The notes below the pieces were generated by a model. That model did no database searches, was not told the origin of the DNA, and saw only the letters and a program-made list of their open reading frames with translations. The translations under genes were made by a program, and so were the position numbers. Of a DNA stretch of 64,000 bases, positions 26,685-38,499 are shown one piece after another. This DNA comes from Azolla caroliniana (Eukaryota > Plantae > Polypodiophyta): positions 14,694,001 through 14,758,000 of the forward strand of contig JBHGNT010000015.1 of the NCBI GenBank assembly GCA_043228905.1, given 5' to 3'. Numbering within the stretch: position 1 is the stretch's first letter; the number at the start of each line of letters is the position of its first letter.

Positions 26685-27419
26685 AAAAGGACAGTTTTTT
26701 GTATGGAGGGATTTTTCATGGTTTCTTGTGAGAAGAGTTGATGCATAAAAGCTCTTTGCATTACTTCAACATCTCTTCAACCTTTGATTTCTTTCACTTT
26801 GAAGCCCCCATTTTGGAAAATAGCAAGGCTTTTCGCTCGAGTTGAAGTAATGACCTCTTCACCAGAAAAAGTATAATGGTTCCCATTTGTGAAGTGGGTT
26901 TTGGCAAAAGTTCAAAATTCATGGCACAAGCCTAGTAGTAAAGTTGGGCATGTATGTAAACTATGTAGCCTAACCCACCTTGACAGCATGCTCATATTGT
27001 GATTATACTGCAGCCAAATTGTAATATGTTACTCCTTGCAAAAATGTTTCTTTTAAAACCAATCCCATTATTGATGGGTTTCTTCATTATCAATCTGATC
27101 ATGATTTTTTGGCAATGGGTGTATTAATGGTTTTGATGTTTACAAGAGCACTTGCTATGTCCATCATTTCATATGCATCTAATATAATGCAAAACCAGAC
27201 ATACAAAGAGCACTTGCTGTGTGCGTCATTTCATATGCTTCTAATATAATGCCAAACCAGAGATACCAAAATGTTATGTATGATATATGTGACATGATAA
27301 AGAAAGCGAGTATCTTTGATGTGTAAGGGGCAAAGTAAAATATGTTCACAATAGAGTAATGGTAAATAAATGACCAATTTATTTCCATGTGATAATGGTA
27401 TTTTGAGTAGACTCAATTT

Positions 27420-29610
27420 CCTCACCTACGTTCAAGTAGATCATGTGGAGCCTAGGGTCATTTGTCAAAGCTTCCCAATAAAAGAGTTGATTGATTGTAA
27501 TCTTGCAAGTATGCTCATTGGAGAGATAGATAGATTATATTATCGTCTTCGGAGGTCAAATATGACCTATGAGACCAAAAATATTACATTTCATGTGATA
27601 CGTGTGAAAATGAGTAGCGACTCTCGATGTTCAAGAACTTTACCAATGAATGTTGCAATTGAGAGTGCACATAGTGGTTGTGAGAGAAATTTGTGCAAGG
27701 ATTGGGCTCAGTCGAAGAGATGTGGAAAACATGGTCGAATATCAAAGGCAGAATATTGTATCAAACTATGATACTCAGACTCTCGAACTTGTTTAGGGCA
27801 GTGTGGATAGTCGGCCACTCTCATCCCTTGTGCTCCAACACCCCATCTCACATCTCAATGCATGTGAGCTAAGTTGCATGGAAACAATGGTTCGAATGGC
27901 AGATAATGGCATGGGCTCTAACATGTATCGATGTGTATGGTTTCCCTGTTCCACGAAGAATATGGTTTTGTAGTTTGGTACAACATGTGTAGTATAACGT
28001 GTGAAGCGTGAGCCACCACATTTGTCCCATGTCATGATACATTGGCATTGCCAAAAGGCCTCATTTACTGAGGAATCTACTGATGCATCATGAAGCAAGT
28101 GTCTTGCATCCTATCTACCAAACCATTTTTCTATAACTTACATCCAACCGAAACACAAAGTTTTGCTTTTATGCGTCTTTTGGATATTTTTGCTTGCTTC
28201 CCATGCAATTCTAGGAAGTCAATGTGAAGGACTTTTTTGAACCTTAAGCATGTATTTAACAACCCTTTCTGTGGCCATGATCTCAATGGGAAGCGATCCC
28301 CTCTCAAGGAGGAGGGTGTAGGGCGTTTGTTTCTTAACTTGTAGAAACTTTGTAAGAAAATGTTTTTGGACATTTTCAAACTCTTTCCACGTAGATTTAG
28401 GGATGCTACCACCCCATAGAGAAGCACCGGTGTCACCAACATGTCAAAAAGGTTCTTGAGGACCCAACACTTAATATCTCCAAGATTGCATGAGTTCTCA
28501 AATGCATAATGTGCTCGCTTTCCCGCCTCTAATCGGCGTGTAACACATTCATTCCATCTATGATTTGAAGGAACTTCAAGGCCAAGATATTTGAAGCTTT
28601 CCACACATTCAAGGAAGGCATTGGAAAAAAATTGCATGCATACTAAAACAAAGATTACGCTTGTGACGAGCCAAAAAATAGATAACCCATGCATGATGTA
28701 TATTAATGAGCCAAAAGCACTACATCGTTTGAATATAGCAAAAGCATAATGACAACATTCCTAATGGCAACTTCTTCAACATATTCTTCCTTTACAAACT
28801 TGGCAATCATTTTTTTCAATTCATCAATGCATAGACCAAATAGTGTTAGTGTTAGTGTGTGTGTGTGAGAGAGATAGATAGATAAATAGATTATATTATT
28901 GTCTTTGGAGGTCAAATATGATCTATGAGACCAAAAATATTACATTTCACGTGATATGTGTGAAGGTGAGTAGCAACTCTCGATGTTCAAGAACTTTACC
29001 AATGAATGTTGCAATCGAGAGTGCACATCGTGGTTGTTAGAGAAATTCGTGCAAGAATTGGGCTCGATCGAAGAGATGTGGAAAACATGGTCGAATATGC
29101 TCAAAGGCAGAGCATTGTATCAAAGTGTGATACTCAGACTCTCAAACTTGTTTAGGGCAAAGTGTGCATAGTTGGCCACTCTCATCACTTGTGCCCCAAC
29201 GTCCCATCTCACATCTCAATGCGTGCGAGCTAAGTCGCATGGAAGCAATGAGCCCTAAACCCTGTTCCGTGAAGAATATGGTTTTGTAGTTAGGTGCAAC
29301 ATTTGTAGTATAATGTGTGAAGCGTGAGCCACCACATTTGTCCCATGTCATGATATATTGGTGTTGCAAAAATGTCTCATTTACAGAGGAATCTAGTGAC
29401 GCATCATGAAGCAAGTGTCTTGCATCCCATCTACCAAACCATTTTTCTAAATCTTGCATCCAACCGGAACACAAAATTTTGCTTTTATGCGTCTTTTGAA
29501 TCTTTGCTTGTTTCCTATGCAATTCTAGGATGTCGATGTGAGGGGCTTTTTTGAACCTTAAGCATGTATTTAACAACCCTTTCCATGGCCATGATCTCAA
29601 TGGGAAGTAA
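27420..29610 (-). mobile_element. RTE-like LINE 3' fragments, tandemly duplicated (about 27524-28310 and 28882-29610)
   Basis: LFGLCIDEL, LLLYSNDVVL and FKYLG motifs; LSSHALRCEMG...LCTLCPKQV zinc finger present in both copies. Confidence 0.8.
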
Positions 29611-29619
29611 GAGAGAGAG

Positions 29620-29964
29620 AGAGTTGACTTCTATCATTGTTGCCCATGCATGTGTCTCCATAGTTTTCCTTACCAGATTCTTGGGAATATGTCCTGAAAT
29701 TGTTGGTAAGTTGAGAAATGCAAAGAGATGTATACCCAACTTCATATGTATGTAAATCTTGGAGAGGTTACCCAACAAATAGATCACAAGCACATGTGAT
29801 CCCTTGCATGCCAAGAATGCACCCTACGAGGAAGCACAATATTGGGATTTATACAGCCTCATTGGCACAACCTTGGCCACTATAGAGCAAATGTATCAAA
29901 GAACCCCAACCCTAATCATGAACCCACAACTATGGTATTCTCAAGCAAAAAGCTTGTATCACGT
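29620..29964 (+). mobile_element. RTE-like LINE fragment (target of gypsy E)
   Basis: YEEAQYWDLY...PQLWYSQAKSLYH resembles WETSQYWELY...PKTWHTYTKRLYQ of the LINE at about 2730-3670. Confidence 0.55.
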
Positions 29965-32571
29965 TGTCGCGGAATTATGGGTGTGTGCGCGAAACAAAGG
30001 CGGAACCATAGAGGCCTCAGACCAAGGAGCACAAGAAGAGAAAGAAGAGAAACGACACACGATTATCAACAAGATAGGTACCAATGATTAATTAGGGAAA
30101 CAAAGTAATTACAACCGGCTCAACTGGGGCTGACCTACAAGCTTTGCGAACAACGCACACACCCACACACCAAGATACCACAGGGAGCCTCTGACGGGAG
30201 CACACGGGCTTCCTACGCGGGCAGAGGCGTCCGTGCTAACAAAAACAAAGTAGAGAGCAGAGAGCGGGTGCTCGGTTCCCAGTCCGACAACACTCTCCCT
30301 AAATGTGCGATCCCCCAACTAAGTCCTCTCTCCCTCCTTTTATAGATCAAGGAGAGAGAGGGTTGTTACATCAAGTAGTCAATCTCTACCATTTCAAACA
30401 GAGATTCGCCTAGATTTATTCATGTGTTTAATTCGTCCTATTAAAGTTTGCTACATCATGCCGACCTAGCCTAGTCCTAGGTTATTTACAAGCATAATTT
30501 ATAATTTGCGTGCATCCGTGCACGATGCAGTTCACACGCCTATGGTCTCCGTTTCTTCTTGTAGCCACTTTTCCCCACTACATCCACCCCCACCAAACCG
30601 CACGTCCACCGGTATGTGTCGAGAGACAAAAATATATATATATGGGGAAGAGCCGGCCATTTATCACTCGTCGTCCTTTGATTCGTCGACCTTCCTGCAT
30701 GCGTTTGCTCTTTCCGAGCTGTCATTCTCGTCTTCGCAACCTGAGTCCTAATCGTCCTTGTACCTTTTCTTGAATGCCTTGATCTGTTTTCTCGCAACTG
30801 GTACCGCCATCTGTGTTCTGCCGAGCTCCGCCTCCTTGCGAATTTCCACGTTGCCTTATGTTGGTTGTCGAAGATGCTGTTGTAAACCAACATCCAGTCA
30901 CATTCCTCGATCTTCTTCGGTCTCAGCCTGTGTGTACGGTCGAACCAGTCCTTGTTCTTCTTCCACGTCGCGTACAATTTCGCCTTTGCCCGTTCCACGT
31001 TCTCCGGCCTCCGCTCGAGCTAGCAAATCCATGCCGCGAATAGCTCCTCCTGGCTCATTTCGTTCACCTAGTCGATTGCCGCCCACGAAGAGATCGTCCG
31101 CTCCATTGACATGATCGGCTTCTGCCTGTACATAAGCTCTGCTGGCATAAACCCGGTCATCGAACTGTGCGTGGTTCGGTCCACCCACAATGCGTAAGGT
31201 AGGAGCCGTGGCCAATTCCCGACTTGCCCCTCGCACGCCCGTACTAACACCTTCACGATCGGCCCGTGTCAGCGTTCCACCTTTCTGTTCGCCTCTGGAT
31301 TGTACGTCGTAGTGAGAGAGAGTTTTACCCCCAACTGGCCGAACAACTCTTCGGCTTCCTGCACATCCAGTTCTCCCCGGTCGGCCACGATCTTCCCCAT
31401 GTATCCGTCTCGGCAAACCACCTCTTCGATTAGGAACCGGCATACGGCCGTGATCGTTTTGTTCTACAGTGCACGGCCGTACACTTGGTTTGTTAGGTCC
31501 TCCTGCACAAACACCAGGTACCGCATTTGCCCCTCTCCCATCGGCATCGTCACTAAGTACACTATCCATTTGAAATGGACGGTCGACGGGTAGGTCGGGT
31601 GCAACTCATCTCTGTGCCGGTTCACGGAATTCATCTGGCAACTTTTGCAAGTCTCACAAATTGATGCGCATCCTGGCACATTCCTGGCCACCAGTATTTT
31701 TCCTTTAGCTTTTCGAATGTGGCCCACATTTCGCGGTGACCGGTCCAAGGGATCTTGTGGTACGCTGACAACAACACCTTCTGCTCTTCCCTTCTTATCA
31801 TTACTCGGACCGGAATGCCGTTATGCTTCTTCGGATGCCTCCATATACTCCCATTCCGCAGGAAGAACCGATACGCCTTCTTCTTGATCCTGTTCGCCTC
31901 ATCCCTCGTCCATGCCGCATCCGACGCCAATGTCCTTAAGAATCTACCTATCTGGAGCCACTCCCCATCGTACTCATTTTCGTTAAACTCATTCAGTCCT
32001 GGAGTGCTCCCCTCTCCTGCTGCTATGCGAGCCGACTCGAAGAAGTCCACGCCGACTTCGTCGTCCTCCGACACCATGCCATCCTCGTTGTCAAACCGCG
32101 TCTTGAAAGCATATCGGCCGTGGCATTGTCTTTATTGGAGATGTGTTGGATCTTCGGGTTTAGGGACTTGATGTACGTGATCCACCTAAGCATAGCTAGG
32201 TCTAGAGTCACGCATCCGGAAACCATACCTAGGATAGGTAGGCAGTCTGTCTCGATTACTACCTCTGTCCCGACCAAATAATCTTTGTCGTCCTTGACTA
32301 CTGAAACGATACCCCAAAGTTCGCGTTTAACCTAGGTGTACTCTCGCTGCCGCTAGCTTAATACTTTCGCTCCGAATCAGATGGGGAGCCTTACGCCGTC
32401 TTTGTCTTCCTGATTGACCACCCATCCAATTCCGGTCGGGTTTGTGTCCACGGTCACGTAAACTGGGCTACCCTTTTTGTAAACCGCTTTCCGGAGGGCC
32501 GGTGCCGTAGCAAGCACCTCCTTCAGCCTTCGGACCGACACCGTGTGATCTTTGTTCCATTCGAATTTGCG
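29965..32571 (-). mobile_element. Ty3/gypsy element E, 3' half (3' LTR 30582-29965, PPT, integrase, RNase H), degraded
   Basis: Minus strand: PPT GGGGGTGGA then LTR TGTAGT...TTCCGCGACA; RNase H region FGAKVL...KRELWGIV...VIETDCLP; integrase GHRE...YWWPGM...CKSCQ; left flank ACGT. Confidence 0.8.
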
Positions 32572-33055
32572 GTGTGTGGGACATTAAAGTACCTGTCTCA
32601 ATCACCCAGCCTAGTACTTTATTAGTCCTATAATATTTACCTACATTTGTACATAAAGACATTTTTGTGTGCATCCGTGCACACCCCCGTTCACGCGCAT
32701 CCAACTCTATTTCCTTCTGCTAGCTGGAATCCTTCACAAAAATAGGGTTCTTGGCCAACTACACGCTACTGATGTTGTCACAATAAATTGGAATCGGAGT
32801 GGTAACTTCGACCCATAAGTCCTGCAACGATCGTCGAAGCCATATAGCCTCACAAGTTGTGATGGTGGCGCCTCGATACTCAACTTCAGTGCTTTACAAG
32901 GCCAGTATTGGCTACTTCTTGCAACTCCAGGCTACAACTGCGTTCCCAAGAGAGAACATGAAGCCTGATGTTGACCGTCGATCCGTGGCATCTCCGGCCC
33001 AACTGACATCAGTATAGCCGACTAGTTGTTTGGCTATGTCATGCCACTACAAAAG
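32540..33055. repeat. Left copy of a 516-bp direct duplication flanking the intact copia (right copy 38340-38855)
   Basis: ACCGTGTGATC...CACTACAAAAG present at both positions with 3 G/A differences. Confidence 0.95.
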
Positions 33056-36000
33056 TGTTGGGATTACGGTCCCTTCGGATGGGATGGTCGGATGTCGGAG
33101 ATGAATGCCGACAAGCCCGGTTTCGGTTTCGGAACCGGATGATGAAGACCCCGGCTTCGGAGCCGGATGACGAATGTACCCGGAGAGAGATCCGGATGCG
33201 GGGACATATCCGTGAATATGTTTGCCAAGGGCCCCTGAGGCTATAGTTGTAAATAGCCCCAAAGTCATATGTGTATAAATATGACTTAGGGCAAACAGTT
33301 TTAATGTTGCTACTCATTTTTCTGTTTTGCCACTCAAGAGGAGTGAAGAGAGAGCAGCCGTGAGAGAGAGAGAGATAGAGCGTGAGAGAGGAAGAGGTGG
33401 ACGCCTCTGTGTATTTCCGCCGCCTGTGGCGAGGACAGCGAGCTCAAGGTCGTCGCCTTGCAGCTCGCCATTGTATACTTCTCTGTGCATAGTATTGGTT
33501 CGGAGTCTTGTACTCCCGTGGTTTTTTTCCCGTACAGGGTTTTCCACGTTAAATCGTGTGTCCGCTTATTTCCCATTTTCTGCCACAACGATTCGTGTGT
33601 TTCCTTGGTTGTGGCCGAGAAGTGACGATTATTGCTCTTCAATTTGGTATCAGAGCGAGCTGCTGCAGAAAATGGAAGGCGGCGGCAGCGGGCAGCCGGG
33701 GATGATGGTGCTGAATGCGCAGAATTACGCCGACTGGAAGATCAAGATGGAGGATCTTCTGATTGTTCGGGACCTGTACGAACCGATTGACAAGTCGGAA
33801 ATACCGAAAGGGGTACTTGAGTCGGAATGGAGGCTTCTGAACCGGAAAGCCGTTGCAACCATTCGGCAATACGTCGACGTGAGCGTTCTACAACATGTGG
33901 CGAACGACACCAACGCATATGAGATGTGGCGGAAGCTGTCGGGCCTCTACGAGAGGAAGAATGCGTTGAACCGGACCTCCCTGATGAGGAAGATAGTGAA
34001 CCTCAAGTACCGGGACGGCGAGAGTATGGTGGAACACGTAAGCACGTTCATGGGATTCGTGAACCAGCTTGCGGCGATCAAGTTCCCGCTGGAGGATGCA
34101 ATGCAAGCCATCATCCTGATGTGTACATTGCCGGAAAGCTGGGAGAACCTGGTGGTGACTCTCAGCACCTCCTGCACCGAAGATAACTTGTCCCTACAAA
34201 CGGTAAAGACAAGTATTTTGAACGAAGAAGCGCGTCGGAGAGATAAAGAACCGGCCTCCGATCCGAAGATGTTGCTTACCGAATCGGATCGGGGAAGACA
34301 ATGGAACCGGAGTCCGCAAAGACGGGAGAAGTCGGGGACCCGGTCGCAGTCAAGAGGAAGGCCCACATGCTTCCACTGTGGGAAGCCGGGGCACTTCCGA
34401 AAGAATTGTCGGCATTACCGAAAAGACAACGGAGCCGACGACACTGATTCGAAGAAGTCACCGGAGAGAAACGGTGCATACCGGGGAGCCACGGACCGGA
34501 GAGGTCCGGATCGGCGAGGGCAGGACCGGAAAGGAACGACGGCACTCGCGGCAAGTGAGGAAGAGATCATGCTCATCACCGAAGAAGGTGAATTAAACAT
34601 TGCCGGCGATGAGACGACCTGGGTGGTCGATTCTGGAGCATCGTTCCACCTGACCCCGGAGAGAAGATACTTCTCATCCTACACAGCCGGTGAGCATGGC
34701 TGTGTTCGGATGGGAAATGAAGGTACGTGCCGAATTGCCGGCATAGGAGACGTGTGGTTGACAACCCCGACCGGATGCAAAATGCTGCTGAAGGATGTCC
34801 GACACGTTCCGGAGGTTCGTTTGAACCTGATTTCGGCCGGGAGGCTAGACGATGAAGGCTACACAGGTAGCATCCGGAACGGTGTAATGAAGTTCAGCAA
34901 GGGGAGCCTGATAGTGGCTCGGGCCCGGAAAGTCAACACACTGTACCTTATGAATGCCTGGTTGTGTCCGGAAGAGTTGAACGTGGCAGCCGACACTGCC
35001 GGTGAGCTGTGGCACAAGAGACTGTGTCACATGAGTGAGAAGGGGATGAAGAGGCTTGCAGAAGACAACCTTATTCCAGTGAAGCATGTGCACCTGGAGA
35101 AGTGCACTGATTGCCTGGCCGGTAAGCAGAACCGAACCTCCTTCCACTCAAGGCCACCGACGAGACGTAGCGCACCATTGGAGTTGGTGCATACTGATGT
35201 GTGTCAGGTAGAAACGAAGTCACATGGCGGAGCCCAGTACTTCGTAACATTCATTGATGATCACAGCCGGAAGCTGTGGACGGCACCGTTGAAGACAAAG
35301 GACCAAGTGTTGTGCGTCTTCAAAGAACTCCATGCGAGAGTGGAAAGGGAATCCGGCAAGAAGCTGAAAGCGATACGAGCGGATAACGGAGGGGAATACT
35401 GGGGGCAGTTCCAGGAGTACTGTCGCTCGAAGGGAATCCGGCTCGAGTTTACTGTGCCGAAGACGCCGGAACTAAACGGGCTGGCCGAGAGGATGAACCG
35501 GACCATAATGGAGAGGGTCCGGAGTATGTTGGCGCATGCGGAATTACCCAAGGGGTTTTGGGCTGAGGCGATGTCGACGGCGACATACGTGATAAACAAA
35601 TCACCCTCAGTACCTTTGGACGGGGACACGCCGCAAAGAGTGTGGACCGGTAGGGAAGTATCCTACCGGCATCTGAAGGTGTTCGGGTGTCTCGCATACG
35701 TGCATGTGGCAAAGGACCGGAGAGGAAAGCTAGATCCAAAGACCCGGCCTTGCATATTCCTCGGTTACGGCGACGATGAGTTCGGCTACCGAGTATGGGA
35801 CCCGGTCGACAAGAAGATATTCAGGAGTCGAGACATCATCTTCATGGAGGACAAGACACTCGCCGACTGGGAGTCGGAGAAGAAGATGAAGAGCTCCAAG
35901 TCGACCGGTGAGGATCAACTCTACGAGGAGCAGTCCCGACCGGCAAGGGACCGGTTAGCACTCGAGGATCCGGCCGAAGACGGTGAAGAAACAGAACCGG

Positions 36001-38339
36001 CCGAAGAAGATGAAAATGATACCGGAACCGGCCCCGATCCCGAAATGGATTCGGATGAAGAAGAATCGGAAGAACCGGTTACCGAAGCTCCGAAACGGAG
36101 ATATCCTCTAAGAGAGAGAAGGGCCCCCCGGAGATTTCCGGAACCAGAGCACGTGCTGCTAACCGACGAGGGGGAGCCGGAGAGCTTTGAAGAAGCAAAG
36201 CACGACACCCAGAGCCGCAGGTGGTTGAGTGCCATGCAGGACGAGATGGATTCCCTGCATGAGAACCACACATATGAACTTGTGGAGTTGCCGAAAGGAA
36301 AGCGGGCACTTCGTAACAAGTGGGTGTTCAAGCTGAAACCGGGAGATGCCGGAAACCCCCCGAGATACAAAGCCAGGATCGTGGTGAAGGGGTTTCAGCA
36401 GAAGAAGGGCGTCGACTTCGACGAGATATTTGCCCCGGTAGTGAAGATGACCTCCATCCGGACGGTGCTGAGCATAGCGGCAAGCATGGACCTCGAGGTA
36501 GAACAGATGGACGTGAAGACGGCATTCCTTCACGGTGACCTCGATGAAGAGATCTACATGCAGCAACCGGAAGGATTCGAGAAGAAAGGGAAGGAGCACC
36601 TGGTATGCCGGTTGAAGAAGAGCCTTTACGGACTGAAGCAGGCTCCCCGGCAATGGTACCGGAAGTTCGACTCCTTCATGACCGACGAAGGGTACCTCAA
36701 AACGCAGTCCGACCACTGCGTGTTTGTGAAGAAGTTCGAAGGAGGAGACTTTCTAATACTCCTCCTGTACGTGGACGACATGTTGATCGTCGGACGGGAC
36801 CAGGTCAAGATACGGATGCTGAAGAAGGCTCTTCACCGAACCTTCTCAATGAAGGACTTGGGTCCGGCGAGACAAATACTAGGGATGCACATCATCCGGG
36901 ACCGGAGCAAGATGCAGTTGTGGCTGTCACAGGAGAAGTACGTGACAAAGGTGCTTAAACGGTTCAACATGTCGGAAGCAAGACCGGTCGGATCGACCCT
37001 CCCGGCAAACTGCAAGCTGTCCAGCAAGCAAAGTCCCAAGACAAAGGCTGAAAAGGAGGATATGATGAAAGTGCCGTATGCCTCAGCCGTCGGGAGCTTG
37101 ATGTACGCCATGGTGTGTACGAGACCGGACATCGGATATGCAGTCGGAGTGGTGAGCCGGTACATGAGCAATCCCGGCAAAGAGCATTGGAACGCGGCCA
37201 AGTGGATACTCCGATACCTGAAGGGCACGGCAAACGTGTGCCTCCGATTCGGCTCCGGTAAGCCCGAACTCGACGGCTTCACCGATTCAGATATGTCGGC
37301 TGATGCAGATACCAGCCGGTCCACATCAGGGTATGTGATGACGTATGCAGGGGGAGCCGTTTCGTGGCAGTCGAGGCTGCAGAAGACGGTTGCGTTGTCA
37401 ACCACGGAGGCGGAGTACATGGCGGCTGTTGAAGCCGGCAAGGAAATAATATGGATGAGGGACTTCATTAGAGAGCTCGGTATCCGGCAGGAGGAGTACC
37501 GACTCTACTGCGACAGACAGAGTGCAATCCACCTTGCGAAGAACGCGGCCTATCACTCCCGGACGAAGCATATCCAGCGAAGATATCACTTGATCCGGGA
37601 AAGGATAGAAGACAAGGAGTTCGTGCTGACGAAGGTCCACACTGACGAGAACGGGTCGGATATGCTGACCAAGGTGCTCACACCCGACAAGCTGGAAGCA
37701 TGCCGGAAGAGGATCGGATTGGAGAGACATCCCATGCCGAAGTGAAGGGGGAGTTTGTTGGGATTACGGTCCCTTCGGATGGGATGGTCGGATGTCGGAG
37801 ATGAATGCCGACAAGCCCGGTTTCGGTTTCGGAACCGGATGATGAAGACCCCGGCTTCGGAGCCGGATGACGAATGTACCCGGAGAGAGATCCGGATGCG
37901 GGGACATATCCGTGAATATGTTTGCCAAGGGCCCCTGAGGCTATAGTTGTAAATAGCCCCAAAGTCATATGTGTATAAATATGACTTAGGGCAAACAGTT
38001 TTAATGTTGCTACTCATTTTTCTGTTTTGCCACTCAAGAGGAGTGAAGAGAGAGCAGCCGTGAGAGAGAGAGAGATAGAGCGTGAGAGAGGAAGAGGTGG
38101 ACGCCTCTGTGTATTTCCGCCGCCTGTGGCGAGGACAGCGAGCTCAAGGTCGTCGCCTTGCAGCTCGCCATTGTATACTTCTCTGTGCATAGTATTGGTT
38201 CGGAGTCTTGTACTCCCGTGGTTTTTTTCCCGTACAGGGTTTTCCACGTTAAATCGTGTGTCCGCTTATTTCCCATTTTCTGCAACAACGATTCGTGTGT
38301 TTCCTTGGTTGTGGCCGAGAAGTGACGATTATTGCTCTT
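33056..38339 (+). mobile_element. Intact young Ty1/copia (Tnt1/Tork-like) retrotransposon; LTRs 33056-33641 and 37756-38339
   Basis: LTRs differ at one internal base plus the terminal CA missing from the 3' LTR; PBS TGGTATCAGAGC (tRNA-iMet) at 33645; PPT GAAGGGGGAG at 37744-37753. Confidence 0.97.
33672..37745 (+). CDS. Copia gag-pol polyprotein, 1357 aa, uninterrupted
   Basis: Zinc knuckle CFHCGKPGHFRKNC; protease VVDSGAS; integrase HKRLCH...CTDC, HTDV, ADNGGE, AERMNRT; RT QMDVKTAFLHG, SLYGLKQ, YVDD; RNase H DSD...TEAEY...SDMLTK. Confidence 0.97.
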   Translation: MEGGGSGQPGMMVLNAQNYADWKIKMEDLLIVRDLYEPIDKSEIPKGVLESEWRLLNRKAVATIRQYVDVSVLQHVANDTNAYEMWRKLSGLYERKNALNRTSLMRKIVNLKYRDGESMVEHVSTFMGFVNQLAAIKFPLEDAMQAIILMCTLPESWENLVVTLSTSCTEDNLSLQTVKTSILNEEARRRDKEPASDPKMLLTESDRGRQWNRSPQRREKSGTRSQSRGRPTCFHCGKPGHFRKNCRHYRKDNGADDTDSKKSPERNGAYRGATDRRGPDRRGQDRKGTTALAASEEEIMLITEEGELNIAGDETTWVVDSGASFHLTPERRYFSSYTAGEHGCVRMGNEGTCRIAGIGDVWLTTPTGCKMLLKDVRHVPEVRLNLISAGRLDDEGYTGSIRNGVMKFSKGSLIVARARKVNTLYLMNAWLCPEELNVAADTAGELWHKRLCHMSEKGMKRLAEDNLIPVKHVHLEKCTDCLAGKQNRTSFHSRPPTRRSAPLELVHTDVCQVETKSHGGAQYFVTFIDDHSRKLWTAPLKTKDQVLCVFKELHARVERESGKKLKAIRADNGGEYWGQFQEYCRSKGIRLEFTVPKTPELNGLAERMNRTIMERVRSMLAHAELPKGFWAEAMSTATYVINKSPSVPLDGDTPQRVWTGREVSYRHLKVFGCLAYVHVAKDRRGKLDPKTRPCIFLGYGDDEFGYRVWDPVDKKIFRSRDIIFMEDKTLADWESEKKMKSSKSTGEDQLYEEQSRPARDRLALEDPAEDGEETEPAEEDENDTGTGPDPEMDSDEEESEEPVTEAPKRRYPLRERRAPRRFPEPEHVLLTDEGEPESFEEAKHDTQSRRWLSAMQDEMDSLHENHTYELVELPKGKRALRNKWVFKLKPGDAGNPPRYKARIVVKGFQQKKGVDFDEIFAPVVKMTSIRTVLSIAASMDLEVEQMDVKTAFLHGDLDEEIYMQQPEGFEKKGKEHLVCRLKKSLYGLKQAPRQWYRKFDSFMTDEGYLKTQSDHCVFVKKFEGGDFLILLLYVDDMLIVGRDQVKIRMLKKALHRTFSMKDLGPARQILGMHIIRDRSKMQLWLSQEKYVTKVLKRFNMSEARPVGSTLPANCKLSSKQSPKTKAEKEDMMKVPYASAVGSLMYAMVCTRPDIGYAVGVVSRYMSNPGKEHWNAAKWILRYLKGTANVCLRFGSGKPELDGFTDSDMSADADTSRSTSGYVMTYAGGAVSWQSRLQKTVALSTTEAEYMAAVEAGKEIIWMRDFIRELGIRQEEYRLYCDRQSAIHLAKNAAYHSRTKHIQRRYHLIRERIEDKEFVLTKVHTDENGSDMLTKVLTPDKLEACRKRIGLERHPMPK

Positions 38340-38499
38340 ACCGTGTGATCTTTGTTCCATTCGAATTTGCGGTGTGTGGGACATTAAAGTACCTGTCTCA
38401 ATCACCCAACCTAGTACTTTATTAGTCCTATAATATTTACCTACATTTGTACATAAAGACATTTTTGTGTGCATCCGTGCACACCCCCGTTCACGCGCA

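Noticed and set aside
26759-26852. 12-bp inverted repeat in the SWI3A 3' region (possible miRNA hairpin)
   Set aside because: The stem is too short and the intervening sequence does not pair.
33327-33671. N-terminal extension of the 1472-aa ORF
   Set aside because: It starts at a TTG inside the LTR and reads through the PBS; the first ATG after the PBS is at 33672.
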